From Candidatus Latescibacterota bacterium (GTDB lineage Bacteria; Latescibacterota; UBA2968; UBA8231), in the NCBI GenBank assembly GCA_965203355.1, contig OZ241889.1, positions 416,001 through 480,000 of the forward strand: 64,000 nt of DNA. The letters are read 5' to 3'. The position numbers and the translations under genes are program-made. The notes under the pieces were generated by a model. That model had not been told where the DNA came from. It saw only the letters and a list, made by a program, of their open reading frames with translations, and made no database searches. Below, piece after piece: positions 51,294-62,198 of the stretch; position 1 is the stretch's first letter, and each line of letters opens with the position of its first letter.

Positions 51294-52376
51294 CTAGCCC
51301 ATCCGCAACGCTCGATTCGCCAGCGGCAAATCCACTCGCCCATTGCCCTGTCGATGCGACTCGCGCAAGCCAATGGCGATCTCCAACGCCTCGCGCCCAA
51401 ATTCCCCCGGACAAATCCGCTCTTCTCCCGCCTCAACCGCCCGACAGACGCCCTCAATCGCATCTATCATGGACGAGCGCGGGTGCCACGGGTTGGGGAA
51501 CTGCCGCTGGATCGGCTCGCCCGTCTCTGGATGCGCTCCCCACAGCTCGAATTGCGCGTGGGCGTTGCGCGAGACGATCATCCCGCGCTCGCCGATAAAC
51601 TCCAAGGTCCACCCATGCCCCGAGCGGTCGGCGCGGGAGTTCAAAAAGCCGCGCACCCCGTTGGCGTAGGCAATGTAGCCCGAGCCGGATAAATCCCGGT
51701 CCGCCGCGGCCTGCGCGTCGTCGTCCATCTCGCCCATCACCCACTCGGCCGGTGCCCCGGCAAAAAGCCGAAACAAGGCCAGCGTATGGCTTTGCAAATT
51801 CGACAGGCTGTGCGGGCTGTGACAGACCATGGAGCGCAACCGGCCAATCGCGCCATCGGCGATGGCCTGCCGCGCATGGGTGTACCAGTTGTACCAGTTG
51901 AGATGGCAGGCGATAGCAAGAATAGTGCCGCTTGCCTTACACGCCGCAATCATCGCATCGGCCTCGGCCAAAGTGCGGCACATCGGCTTGGTGGCAAAAA
52001 TCGCCCGCACCCCAGCCTCGGCCAGGCCAATGACCGCCTCGGCTCGCTCGTCGGGCCGCGTCGTCACCGCTACTACGTCGGGCCGCTCTTGGGCGACCAA
52101 CTCGCGGTAGTCTTCGTACAAGGCTTCTACGCCCCAGCGCTGAGCAAAGTCGTCCAACTTGGCTCGGTCCACGTCGGCCGCGCCGATCAGCTCAATGCCT
52201 CGCGCTTCGATCATAGCCGGGGCATGTGCCCACGGCCACGGATAGTGCGGCATGCCGATGTGCTCGTCGTCGATGGTGCTGCCCATCCGTCCGCAGCCGA
52301 CCACTGCGCCGCGATACGATCCGCGTGGCTGGGTCGCCGCGATCTGTTTGTAGGCTTTGCCCAACGGTTGTGCCAT
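51294..52376 (-). CDS. Gfo/Idh/MocA oxidoreductase
   Basis: VVGCGRMG, PDVVAVTT, TKPM..TLAEAD. Confidence 0.85.
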   Translation of the reverse strand: MAQPLGKAYKQIAATQPRGSYRGAVVGCGRMGSTIDDEHIGMPHYPWPWAHAPAMIEARGIELIGAADVDRAKLDDFAQRWGVEALYEDYRELVAQERPDVVAVTTRPDERAEAVIGLAEAGVRAIFATKPMCRTLAEADAMIAACKASGTILAIACHLNWYNWYTHARQAIADGAIGRLRSMVCHSPHSLSNLQSHTLALFRLFAGAPAEWVMGEMDDDAQAAADRDLSGSGYIAYANGVRGFLNSRADRSGHGWTLEFIGERGMIVSRNAHAQFELWGAHPETGEPIQRQFPNPWHPRSSMIDAIEGVCRAVEAGEERICPGEFGREALEIAIGLRESHRQGNGRVDLPLANRALRMG

Positions 52377-52489
52377 GTCGTATCTCCTCTGCGTAAAATT
52401 GCAAAAAGGGATTCAATTAAATAGAATAAGATGGGTGCTTTGCTTCCTCCTACCAATGTACGTCGGCATTCAGCCCTTTAATCTGAGCC

Positions 52490-53308
52490 ATGCGCCTCGC
52501 CTTTTACACCTATAGCTACACCGACCGGCTTGAAATGCCGCTCGGACCGGTGCTGGAAAAAATCGCCGCTACTGGCTACGATGGCATCGACATTTCCGGG
52601 ACTCACGGGCCGTCGGCAGACCCGCGCTCGGTGACGCTCGAATGGCGCACACAGACGCGGACCACTGCCGAGCGGCTGGGCCTCGCCATCGAAGCCGTCA
52701 TCACGCACGCCAATCTCGCCGATTCGCTCTTTACCGACGAACCGCTCGACCTCAAGGGATCGGTCGACTTGGCCGTGGATGTTGGCGCACCGCTGGTCGT
52801 CTTCCACATGGGCGGGCCCAAAGACGATGCCGCCCAGCGCACAGCAGCTTGGCAGCGGGTAGTCGCCCATCTCCAAGACGCGCTGGCCTACGCCGAGCCT
52901 CGCAACGTGCAGTTGGCAGTCGATGGCGTGTGGGCCGGCTGGCTCACCGACAGCCCCGAGCGTTTCTTGGAGCTACACGACGAGGTCGGCAGCGCGTCCT
53001 TTGGCGTCAATTTCGATCCGTGCTATCTGAGCCTCCTGGGCTTGGACCCGGTAGCAGTCTCCCACCAGTGGCAGAAGCACATCGTGCACGTCCACCTCAA
53101 GGACCACGTCGGCACCTATCCAGACTGGGACCACAAAATCCCCGGCCAAGGCCGCCTCGATTATCCGCGCATCGTGCAAGGGCTTCGAGACATCGGCTTT
53201 GCTGGGACCATGGCGATAGAGACGTTTGTCACCATGGATTTCGACGAAGCCTGCGCGGTCGGCTATGCCGCGTTAGCCCCGACGCTGGGCAGGACCGCTA
53301 GCGGCTGA
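52490..53308 (+). CDS. sugar-phosphate isomerase/epimerase
   Basis: GYDGIDI, NFDP, HVHLKD, PGQG.LDY, MAIE. Confidence 0.85.
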   Translation: MRLAFYTYSYTDRLEMPLGPVLEKIAATGYDGIDISGTHGPSADPRSVTLEWRTQTRTTAERLGLAIEAVITHANLADSLFTDEPLDLKGSVDLAVDVGAPLVVFHMGGPKDDAAQRTAAWQRVVAHLQDALAYAEPRNVQLAVDGVWAGWLTDSPERFLELHDEVGSASFGVNFDPCYLSLLGLDPVAVSHQWQKHIVHVHLKDHVGTYPDWDHKIPGQGRLDYPRIVQGLRDIGFAGTMAIETFVTMDFDEACAVGYAALAPTLGRTASG

Positions 53309-53387
53309 ATACCTCCCACTCCCGCCTCGACATGGCCCCAGCACTACCGCTCGGCGACAGAATTCTAACCAAAGGAGAGGCATCACT

Positions 53388-54206
53388 TTGACTACTTTTG
53401 ACTTCCAGGGCAAAAAGGCCGTGGCGACTGGTGCGGGCGGTGCCATTGGCGGCGAAATCGCCCGCGGCCTCGCCGAGGCTGGCGCTGAGGTCGCGATCTG
53501 GGACATTTCTCCAGCGGCGGCCCGCGCCAAAGCCGACGAAATCAATCGAGACTTTCCCGACCGGGTTCTCCCGGTCGAGTGCAACGTCGTCAGCAAAGAC
53601 AGCGTCGAGGCCGCGCTCGCCGAGACCATCGAGCACTTTGGCACCGTTGACTTTTTGCTCAACGGAGCCGGCGGCAGCCACAAGGACACCACCACTTCTT
53701 CCGATCTCGAATTTTTTGACATTGACCCAGCAGCGATCAAACTGGTGATGGATCTCAACTACCTGAGCGCCGTCCTACCCTCGCAGGCCGTGGGCCGCGT
53801 CTTCGCCGCTAAAGGCGATGGAGCCGTCGTCAATATCACCTCCATCGGCGGAGGGCTGCCGCTGTCGCGCGCCTTGGCGTATTCCAATGGCAAGGCGGCG
53901 GCCGATAGTTTCACCCGCTGGCTGGCCGTACACATGGCCACGACCTATGCGGCCAAAATCCGCGTCAATGCGGTGGCTCCGGGCTTTATGATCACCACGC
54001 AAAACCGCTTCCTGCTCCTCGACGAAGCAAGCGGCAAACTGACCGATCGCGGCCAGACCATCCTCCAAAACGTCCCCATGGCCCGCTTTGGCGACCCGCA
54101 TGAGGTCGTTGGCGCGGCCCTGTGGCTCTTTTCGGATGCCGCCGCGTTTGTCACCGGCGCCATCGTGCCCATCGACGGCGGCTTTTCCGCGTTTTGCGGC
54201 GTCTAG
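53388..54206 (+). CDS. SDR oxidoreductase (D-mannonate oxidoreductase-like)
   Basis: [48 protein letters not shown]. Confidence 0.85.
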   Translation: MTTFDFQGKKAVATGAGGAIGGEIARGLAEAGAEVAIWDISPAAARAKADEINRDFPDRVLPVECNVVSKDSVEAALAETIEHFGTVDFLLNGAGGSHKDTTTSSDLEFFDIDPAAIKLVMDLNYLSAVLPSQAVGRVFAAKGDGAVVNITSIGGGLPLSRALAYSNGKAAADSFTRWLAVHMATTYAAKIRVNAVAPGFMITTQNRFLLLDEASGKLTDRGQTILQNVPMARFGDPHEVVGAALWLFSDAAAFVTGAIVPIDGGFSAFCGV

Positions 54207-54234
54207 ACCAACGCATTCCCATCAGGAGTTCACT

Positions 54235-55908
54235 GTGCTACCCGACATCGAAATCGCCCGCCAGACCTCGCTCCGCCCCATCGACGATGTGGCCGCCCAG
54301 CTCGGGATCGGCTCCGAACACCTCGAATACTACGGCCGCGTCAAGGCCAAAATTTCGCCGGCGTTCTGCCAACAGCTCGAAAACGAACCGGCCACCGGCA
54401 AACTGATCCTCGTATCGGCCATCAACCCAACTCCGGCTGGCGAGGGAAAAACCACCACCACCATCGGCTTGGGCGACGCGCTCAACCGCATTGGCAAGCG
54501 CGCCACCGTCTGTCTGCGCGAGCCTTCGCTGGGGCCTTGCTTTGGCCTGAAGGGCGGCGGCGCGGGCGGCGGCCATGCTCAGGTAGCGCCGATGGAGGAC
54601 ATCAACCTGCACTTTACCGGCGACATTCACGCCGTCTCCGCCGCGCACAACCTACTCGCCGCGGCCCTCGACAACCACATCCACCACGGCAATGTGCGCC
54701 GCATTGATCCCCGCCGCATCGTCTGGAGCCGCGTCCTCGACATAAACGACCGGGCACTGCGCGACATCGTCATCGGGCTAGGGGGGACCGCCAACTCCTT
54801 GCCGCGCCAATCGGGATTCGACATTGCCGTCGCCTCGGAGGTCATGGCCATCCTCTGCCTGTCCGAATCGCTGGCGGAACTCAAAGAGCGGCTCGGCCGG
54901 ATCGTCGTCGCCCAGACCCGTGCCCGCGAGACCGTGCGCGCGGCGGATCTAGCGGTCCACGGTGCCATGGCGGTGCTGCTCAAGGACGCCTGCCAACCCA
55001 ACTTGGTGCAGACCCTAGAGGGCAACCCGGCGTTAGTCCACGGCGGTCCTTTTGCCAACATCGCCCACGGCTGCAACTCCATCGCCGCCACCCGCCTGAG
55101 TACGCGCCTTTCCGAATACACCATCACCGAGGCCGGCTTTGGCGCGGACCTGGGCGCGGAGAAATTCGCCAACATCAAGTGCCGCCAGAGCGGCCTAGCC
55201 CCGGACCTCGTGGTGTTGGTAGCCACAGTGCGCGCGCTCAAATTTCACGGCGGTGCCTCGCTCAACAGCATCGCCAAACCCAATGTCGGAGCGGTGGAAA
55301 GAGGCGTTGAAAATCTCGAGAAGCACATCGAAAACATCCGCCTCTTCGGCTTGCCCGTCGTCGTCGCGGTCAACGCCTTTGCCACGGACACCGACGCCGA
55401 GATTCAGCGCATCCGCGACCAGTGTGCACACCTCAGCGTCGAGATCGTCCCCGCACATCACCACGCCCTCGGCGGCGCCGGGGCCGAGGACCTCGCTCGC
55501 ACCGTGGTGCAAGTGGCCGAAAACACGCCGAGCGACTTCCGGCTGCTCTATCCCGACGACATGCGGCTGTGGGACAAGGTGCGCACCGTCGCCCAAGCGA
55601 TCTACGGGGCCGACGACATCATGGGCGACAAGATACTGCAAGGCAAGTTCCGGCGGCTGGAAGACGAAGGCTACGGCAACCTGCCCGTCTGCATCGCCAA
55701 AACCCAGTACTCGCTATCGACTGATCCCAAGCTCAAGGGGCGGCCGCACGGCTTTGATGTGCCGATACGCGACGTCAAGGTGTCGGCCGGGGCCGGTTTT
55801 GTAGTAGTGCTGACGGGCGATATTATGACCATGCCCGGCTTGCCTAAGAAGCCCTCAGCCGAGTCAATTGACCTCGATGACGCAGGACAGATCAAGGGGC
55901 TGTTCTAA
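54235..55908 (+). CDS. fhs: formate--tetrahydrofolate ligase
   Basis: [60 protein letters not shown]; GTG at 54235. Confidence 0.97.
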   Translation: MLPDIEIARQTSLRPIDDVAAQLGIGSEHLEYYGRVKAKISPAFCQQLENEPATGKLILVSAINPTPAGEGKTTTTIGLGDALNRIGKRATVCLREPSLGPCFGLKGGGAGGGHAQVAPMEDINLHFTGDIHAVSAAHNLLAAALDNHIHHGNVRRIDPRRIVWSRVLDINDRALRDIVIGLGGTANSLPRQSGFDIAVASEVMAILCLSESLAELKERLGRIVVAQTRARETVRAADLAVHGAMAVLLKDACQPNLVQTLEGNPALVHGGPFANIAHGCNSIAATRLSTRLSEYTITEAGFGADLGAEKFANIKCRQSGLAPDLVVLVATVRALKFHGGASLNSIAKPNVGAVERGVENLEKHIENIRLFGLPVVVAVNAFATDTDAEIQRIRDQCAHLSVEIVPAHHHALGGAGAEDLARTVVQVAENTPSDFRLLYPDDMRLWDKVRTVAQAIYGADDIMGDKILQGKFRRLEDEGYGNLPVCIAKTQYSLSTDPKLKGRPHGFDVPIRDVKVSAGAGFVVVLTGDIMTMPGLPKKPSAESIDLDDAGQIKGLF

Positions 55909-55934
55909 GCCCGTAACACACAGGACGACGTATC

Positions 55935-57299
55935 ATGGCACTATCAAAGCGCCTAGAATCGTGCTCGCTCGAACGCATTACCAAAATGAAAGAGGTGGTA
56001 GTGCAGGAGATAGATAGGATTGACGGTCAGCTAGTTGAGCGAGAAAAAGAACTCGACGAAATGATCGACAAAGTCGAAACGGTCAGTTTGAGCAAAAGGC
56101 ACGGCCAATACGAACTGAGTCTGGATAAGGTTGAATCGCAGATCGCTCGGTTGAACGACGAAAAAGAGAAATTGTTGGACAAAGTCCGGATCATTGAGCA
56201 GGCGCGGCAAAAGAGACATCTGATGGATGAACAGGCTAGGGTCCTAGGCAGCGTCACGCGGGTCAAAGCCAAAGATCTGTTCATCTTCTTTCTCATTCTT
56301 TTTTTGATCACCATTCTGGTCGTCGACTTGCTGGGTGTAGGGGCCGCAGGCCGTGGTGCGGTTGCAAAAGCTGAAGTAGTAGAAGGCAGGCTCTATCGAA
56401 TAAACGTTCTAAACGGAGGCGAAGGGTACGAGCGGGTCAACATTCATCTAGCGGATGCGGTTGGGTCTGGTGCGCTTGTTTCTGGCGAGATCGTCGAGGG
56501 CAAACTAACACAAGTGGACGTCATCCACATCGGCGAGAACTACACAAATCCCGTCGTGGAAATAGAACCCCACTTTTCCGTTGGCACGTTGTGGATATTC
56601 TGGATCATCGACTTGATCTGCTGCGCCATTTTCATGGCCAACTTTTTCTTTGAGCACCGGCTTGCCGATTCTAAAAAGTGGTATTGGAAAAACAACTGGA
56701 TCGACTTCATAACGTCCATTCCGCTGCCCCCGGTACAGGTTATCGCAGCATCCGGCGACATAGGGATTGTCCGCTTGGGGCGTCTGCTGAGGGCCGTGCG
56801 AATTTTACGGGCACTGAGATTATTTCGCATCGCGCTGTTTTTCTGGCGAGGCATGGATCACTTGAGCTCCACGTTGGACGTGCGGCTCCTCAAGCGATCC
56901 CTGCTGTACGGCTTGTTATCGCTCGTGTTTGGGGCCTTTATTTTCATGGGCTTGGAGCGCATGGAGTCTGGTTCGGGGTTCGGGGCGAGTCTTTGGTGGA
57001 GCTTTACGACGCTGGTCACCGGCGGGTACGCCGACATCCACAATCCCGAGACCGCTTCGGGCAAAATCCTCACCGTTTTTCTGGTGATTACGGGTATGGT
57101 TCTGGTGGGGGTTTTTACAGCGACGCTGACGAGCATCCTCGTAAGCGATGAGGATTCCTTGAAGGTCGAGGAGTTAGAAGAACAGGTCGGTCTAGTCGCT
57201 AAAATTCAAGAAGACGTAAAAGACACAAACGAGCGACTAGACCGACTCGAAGTTGCCATCCGCGAAATCCGCGACGCCGTAAAGACGCAAAAGAACTAG
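55935..57299 (+). CDS. voltage-gated-like 6-TM cation channel with inserted extracellular domain
   Basis: S3 WIDFITSIP, S4 with R-x-x repeated 7 times, pore WWSFTTLVTGGYAD, N- and C-terminal coiled coils. Confidence 0.8.
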   Translation: MALSKRLESCSLERITKMKEVVVQEIDRIDGQLVEREKELDEMIDKVETVSLSKRHGQYELSLDKVESQIARLNDEKEKLLDKVRIIEQARQKRHLMDEQARVLGSVTRVKAKDLFIFFLILFLITILVVDLLGVGAAGRGAVAKAEVVEGRLYRINVLNGGEGYERVNIHLADAVGSGALVSGEIVEGKLTQVDVIHIGENYTNPVVEIEPHFSVGTLWIFWIIDLICCAIFMANFFFEHRLADSKKWYWKNNWIDFITSIPLPPVQVIAASGDIGIVRLGRLLRAVRILRALRLFRIALFFWRGMDHLSSTLDVRLLKRSLLYGLLSLVFGAFIFMGLERMESGSGFGASLWWSFTTLVTGGYADIHNPETASGKILTVFLVITGMVLVGVFTATLTSILVSDEDSLKVEELEEQVGLVAKIQEDVKDTNERLDRLEVAIREIRDAVKTQKN

Positions 57300-57304
57300 C
57301 GGCT

Positions 57305-58942
57305 TCAGACGAACTTTTCTCTCGCTTCCAAGACTTTTGCCACTACGACTTCGACGTCCTTTTCATCCACAAATGGCGACACGATAAAGGACTTTAGCGC
57401 GACAATTGGTTCCCCATATTGGGTGCGCCGGTAGCAGTCGGTCGAGGAAATGACGACCCCGCGCCCGGCCATGGCCTCCGCATGCACGTAATCGAAAACC
57501 TGGCGATTGTAGTCGTTGTGGGCTAGCAGCACTTCCCGAAAGGCCGGGTCGTCAAATTCTTGGCGCTTCATCGCAAAAGTATCCACGTCGGGTGGGTACA
57601 CCCGGAAGAGCGTTACCGTGCCAAAGTTGTCGCGGTTGAGCACGGTGATGGCTTCGTGTCCTTCGAGGTGTTCGCGCAAGAGCTGGGTCATCTCGACGAT
57701 GTGCCCGAGGGCGACGCGCAACCCCTGCGTACCGAAAAAGCGAAAATTGGCTAGCGCGGTCAGCGGCCCGGTCCCGGCTCTAGACGTTTCGAGGGTGTAC
57801 ATGCCGGGGCGGTGTTCGCCAAAGTGATAGAGGTACGGCATCTGTTGCGGATCGCGCATCAGGAGTTGCAAATCCGTGCGATCTTGGACGAGGACGAGGC
57901 TGGAGATATACGGAGCAAAGCCGGTCTTGTGGAAGTCAATGCCCATGGAATCGGCCAGTGCCAGATGGCGGATGCGGCGGCACGCGCCAGCGAGCGCGCG
58001 CAGGGTCCGCGGCCGAAACTCCAAGGGGTTATCCTGAAAATCGTAGTCGTTGAACGCCGACCACGCCCAGCCAATGACCGAGTCGGCGTGGATGTGCGGA
58101 CGGTAGGAGAGTTGGAATTCATCGACAAGCGAGTCGCGCAAGGCCACAATCGCCGACAGGTCGTCCAGTCCGAACGCATCCGTAGTCCCCATGGTTGCAA
58201 TAATGGCGGCGATCTTTTTTCCGCGGCCCAAGGCCGCCCGCGCTGCATCCGCTAGCGGCGCGAGGTCAATTTCGTTGTCAGCTATCGTCGGAATGACCAT
58301 CAGCTGATCGGTGCCAATGCCGAGCCAGCCGACGATGTTTTGGGCGCAGTAGTGCCCGGCGTCGGAAACGAATACTACCACATCGTCGGATACTCCTTTT
58401 TGCATGGCCTGCGGACAGGCTTTTTCCAGACCGATTTTCACTCCATAGAGGGTGGTGCCGGTGCCGCCAAAGGTAAACGCGCCGCCCGCGCGCTGGGGGT
58501 CGTAGCCCACCAATCGCGCGGCGATGGCGACCGCTTCGACTTCGGCCAAGGCGACGAGGCGGCTGTATTCATCCCAAGCGATGTTGGGGTTGTGCAACGA
58601 AGCGAGCAGGACGCCGATGAGGCTGGGAATGGTCGGAGGCGCGATGACGTTTTGTTGGGTGTGGGGATGGCTGGAGATGGTTATGCCGCGTAGGTAGCTG
58701 ACGAGGTCGGAGGTGACCGCCTCGACCGACGACATCTCAGCGGACAGCGCGGCGTTTCGCGCCTCAGCAAAGTCGCCGGAAACCACTGGCCCAAGCGTCG
58801 GCAACTGCATTTTCAGCGCATCTACTTGGTCTAAGGCGCGCATGATGGAATGCACGAAATACGAATCGTGAATGGGGTCGGATACTGGTTGGGGAAAGGC
58901 GCGCCGGATGTGTTCTAGGGCGTCGCGGTACGATGATACCAT
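57305..58942 (-). CDS. group II PLP-dependent decarboxylase
   Basis: FTFGGT, HYC, ATMGTT, HIHADS, DSMGIDFHK, TLETSR. Confidence 0.88.
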   Translation of the reverse strand: MVSSYRDALEHIRRAFPQPVSDPIHDSYFVHSIMRALDQVDALKMQLPTLGPVVSGDFAEARNAALSAEMSSVEAVTSDLVSYLRGITISSHPHTQQNVIAPPTIPSLIGVLLASLHNPNIAWDEYSRLVALAEVEAVAIAARLVGYDPQRAGGAFTFGGTGTTLYGVKIGLEKACPQAMQKGVSDDVVVFVSDAGHYCAQNIVGWLGIGTDQLMVIPTIADNEIDLAPLADAARAALGRGKKIAAIIATMGTTDAFGLDDLSAIVALRDSLVDEFQLSYRPHIHADSVIGWAWSAFNDYDFQDNPLEFRPRTLRALAGACRRIRHLALADSMGIDFHKTGFAPYISSLVLVQDRTDLQLLMRDPQQMPYLYHFGEHRPGMYTLETSRAGTGPLTALANFRFFGTQGLRVALGHIVEMTQLLREHLEGHEAITVLNRDNFGTVTLFRVYPPDVDTFAMKRQEFDDPAFREVLLAHNDYNRQVFDYVHAEAMAGRGVVISSTDCYRRTQYGEPIVALKSFIVSPFVDEKDVEVVVAKVLEAREKFV

Positions 58943-58978
58943 GTCTTGCGTCCAGTTCGGGAAAAAGGGGTTAAATGC

Positions 58979-59014
58979 AAAAGGCCGAGTACCAAAACAG
59001 GTACCCGGCCTTTT
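58979..59014 (-). terminator. Rho-independent (bidirectional-type) terminator downstream of the TBDR
   Basis: AAAAGGCCGAGTACC-6 nt-GGTACCCGGCCTTTT. Confidence 0.75.
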
Positions 59015-59043
59015 GTATAACTCAGGATTGCCGTGCGGCGTTC

Positions 59044-61773
59044 CTAGAGGCTGTAGCTGTATTTCACGTACCAGAACGCGCCGCCAAAGCCAAATGGGCT
59101 GAACTGGCTGTACCTGTTGCCGATGGTCGCGGCGGCATTTGGATTTTCGTCGGGATAGGTGTTGAGGATATTCTGCGCCCCAATGGCTATCGCCGACATA
59201 CCGTCCCCAAACGAGATGCTGGTTTCAAGGTCGAACAGAACCTTGCCATCATAGGTGTAATCATCTTCCGAGTCGTACCATTCGCCGAAGTAACTGGCGC
59301 GACCTAGAGCATTCCAACGCTCGGTCAGGGCTTGTGTGAGCGTCAAATTCCCGCGCTGCTTGGGAAGATTTGACTCCAACTCCCGAATCCGATCGGTGTT
59401 CAGGGGCCTTAGTTGAGCATCCAAATTCCTGACATCTTCAGCCAACTTGTCCTGTTCGGCCTGACTCAAAGATTCGGGGTCCTGTTCCAACTTGCTTAGC
59501 TGCTCTTCGAGGCGGTCGAATTCCGTTCTCTGCCCATCGCTCAAGCTAACTTCGGTGCTCGTATAGTTATAGGCGAGGCTTAGTGCCCCCGAACCCACCG
59601 GAGCTGAAACAACGACATCAACCCCGTTGGTGGAGGAGTCGAAAGCATTGGTGAAGAAGCGGAACTCCTGTAGGCCGGCGGCACTGGTTATCCCCTCCTC
59701 GATTAGCTGGGCTCTCTGTACGTCGGTAAGCGCGAAGTCCTGCGAGATTGTCAGGCGGTCTTCTACCGTGATGTCAAAGTAGTCAATCGTCGCGCTAGCC
59801 ACGCCCATATTGACGACGAAGCCGGCAGAGAGGTTGACAGACTTTTCAGCATCGAGCGCTTTGCCACCATACAGTTCGGCGGCGGCACTGGTGGAAGGGA
59901 CCGTTCCGTTGTTGACCAAGTCGTTCTTCTCGAAGTTGAACTCGGTCGTTATGTTGAAGGCATTTTGCTGGCCGGGCGTGGGCGCCCGAAAGCCGGTGCT
60001 ATAACTACCGCGCAGCTTCAGATCGTCCGTCAGGGCAAAATTGGCGGCTCCCTTGTAGTTGGTCGTGCTGCCAAAGTCGCTAAAATCCTCCGAGCGCAAG
60101 GCCAGAGAAAGCACCAACGGATCAATCGGCTCAAAATCCGCCTCCACGTACAGGGCCGTGTTGGTTCGATCCCAGCGGCCAGCGGCCACTTTGCTAAAGC
60201 CCGAGAAACCATTGGTAGCAGGCTGAAAACCTTGGCTGGCCAACGGCTGACCAATTATGTAGGACTCGATCTGGCCCTCCACGATCTCGAATGCTTCGTT
60301 GCGACGCTCGAGTCCGGCCGCCAAGAACAATTGATCGCTGACTGGGTATGTAATGTCGAAGTTTAAGTTGACATCCGTCTGGATGTAATCTCCCGGGTTG
60401 AACGATGTCGGCGTATCCGGGCCCATTGAGGCATTCACGGTATTGAAGATGAAGTAGTCCGCGTGGTGGCGGCCATAGGACGCGCTCGCGCTCCAGCCCA
60501 ACGTCTCGCCCGCAAAACCCTTCAGGCCCAGCAGAATGGATTCATCCGTGGTGAAGCCGCCGAAGCGAGGCGTAAAACCACCGGGAAACATTTTCAGGAA
60601 CGAGAAGCAATTGGGATCGTCGCGAACCTGTAGCCACGCCTCCTGATCCAGTTTGTTGTCGATTATGGGGACCGGAGCGCATTCACTGCCCCGACCCACG
60701 CCGTCCAAATCGCCCACTAGCAGAGATGGCGTCTCGGGCGTGCCATCCTCATCTAGATCGAGCAACGGCCCCTTAAACACGCCGCTGCGGGTGTGGGGAT
60801 TGCGAAAGTAGAACCCGCCCTCGGTTTCCTTGCTGGCGTAGTTGGCGTGACCGTAAAAATCGAGGTTCTCGCCAAGATTGGCTCCGTAGTTGGCGAAGAA
60901 CTTCAGATCGTCTCTGATGAAGGGCTGTCCCCAGAGTTGAGCGGGGTTGGCCACACTCGTATTGCCGGCGGCAATCAGGCTCGCGGCATCATCGCGCTGC
61001 ACCGAGCGGATGGTTTCGCCCGAGTTGCCGTATTCCAAGCTGAGGTTGGCCCACGCATTATCGTTGCCCAAGCCCAAATTGCCAGCGATGGAAAACAACT
61101 CGCCATCGCCGAGGATGCCATCGCCGTCTTGAAAGCTGCCGACTTTGGTCTCGACTGACAATCCGTCGGAACGATTCTTGAGGCGGAAATTCAACACGCC
61201 GGCAATGGCGTCCGAACCGTACTGGGCCGACGCGCCGTCGCGCAACACTTCCACGCGCTCGAGTGCGATCGCCGGGATGGGTGCCAAGTCCGGGCCTTGC
61301 GCCCCGTCGGCCACGCCATTGCCCAGCCAGTGAATCACCGCAGCGCGGTGGCGGCGCTTGCCGTTGACCAAGACCAGCGCGTGGTCCGGGGCTAGCCCCC
61401 GCATGTTGGGCGGTCGGACGACCGTGCCCGCATCGCTGATCGGCTGGGTGTTGACATTGTACGAGGGAACAACATTCCGCAGAAGATCGGTTAGATCCGC
61501 TCCGCCTTGCTTGGCAAACTCGTCGGCGGCAATGACGTCGATGGGCACGGGTGAGTCGGTCACGGTGCGCGATTGAGCACGCGAACCAGTCACCACCATC
61601 TCTTCAACCTCAACCACCCCTTCGAGCATTTCCTCTTCGGCAGGGACTATCTCTTGGGCGGCGGTCTCTTGCTCTTCTTGGGCTACAGCCTGAGCACCCG
61701 GAGAAAGCACCACAGCCACGCCAACGGCGAGGGCAAGCGGCTTCCGCAGCACAGCAAACACGTTCTGTATCAT
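59044..61773 (-). CDS. TonB-dependent receptor
   Basis: Signal peptide, EEMVVTGSR, LVLVNGKRRH, ERVEVLRDGASAQYGSDAIAGV, aromatic C-terminal strand; ATG at 61773 with AAGGAGG. Confidence 0.93.
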   Translation of the reverse strand: MIQNVFAVLRKPLALAVGVAVVLSPGAQAVAQEEQETAAQEIVPAEEEMLEGVVEVEEMVVTGSRAQSRTVTDSPVPIDVIAADEFAKQGGADLTDLLRNVVPSYNVNTQPISDAGTVVRPPNMRGLAPDHALVLVNGKRRHRAAVIHWLGNGVADGAQGPDLAPIPAIALERVEVLRDGASAQYGSDAIAGVLNFRLKNRSDGLSVETKVGSFQDGDGILGDGELFSIAGNLGLGNDNAWANLSLEYGNSGETIRSVQRDDAASLIAAGNTSVANPAQLWGQPFIRDDLKFFANYGANLGENLDFYGHANYASKETEGGFYFRNPHTRSGVFKGPLLDLDEDGTPETPSLLVGDLDGVGRGSECAPVPIIDNKLDQEAWLQVRDDPNCFSFLKMFPGGFTPRFGGFTTDESILLGLKGFAGETLGWSASASYGRHHADYFIFNTVNASMGPDTPTSFNPGDYIQTDVNLNFDITYPVSDQLFLAAGLERRNEAFEIVEGQIESYIIGQPLASQGFQPATNGFSGFSKVAAGRWDRTNTALYVEADFEPIDPLVLSLALRSEDFSDFGSTTNYKGAANFALTDDLKLRGSYSTGFRAPTPGQQNAFNITTEFNFEKNDLVNNGTVPSTSAAAELYGGKALDAEKSVNLSAGFVVNMGVASATIDYFDITVEDRLTISQDFALTDVQRAQLIEEGITSAAGLQEFRFFTNAFDSSTNGVDVVVSAPVGSGALSLAYNYTSTEVSLSDGQRTEFDRLEEQLSKLEQDPESLSQAEQDKLAEDVRNLDAQLRPLNTDRIRELESNLPKQRGNLTLTQALTERWNALGRASYFGEWYDSEDDYTYDGKVLFDLETSISFGDGMSAIAIGAQNILNTYPDENPNAAATIGNRYSQFSPFGFGGAFWYVKYSYSL

Positions 61774-61898
61774 TTCGACCTCCTTAAAAGGGGAAAAGAA
61801 CGAATTATACAAAGGGCTAATATAAACTCATTGGGCAATGGCTGGCAATACCTCTTGGACGACGCAATCGACGATAATCTGCTCGCTGCACCGTCATA

Positions 61899-62070
61899 CG
61901 TGTTGCCGTACTCCAAGCTGAGGTTGGCCCAAGCATCTTCGCGGCTCAAACCGATATTGCCGGCGGCACTGTACGCGAAGCCATCGCCGGCTTGGAAAAT
62001 ACCGGGTTTGATTTCAAAAGAAGCCCCTTTGTGGCCGTCTTTCAATTGAAAGCTCATCACCCCGGCAATT
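61899..62070 (-). pseudogene. internal fragment of a paralogous TonB-dependent receptor
   Basis: IAGVMSFQLK...AGNIGLSREDAWANLSLEYGNT aligns with IAGVLNFRLK...AGNLGLGNDNAWANLSLEYGNS of the adjacent TBDR. Confidence 0.8.
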
Positions 62071-62198
62071 GTAGGGAGGTTTAGGGCTTCTTAGGCCAAG
62101 CCAGTCGTTGATTGTATGTTTATCGGCAATCATTACTATTGCTATATTTTGATTACAATTCTGCGGCGCAATTAAAAACAACCCGAAAGACAAACACC

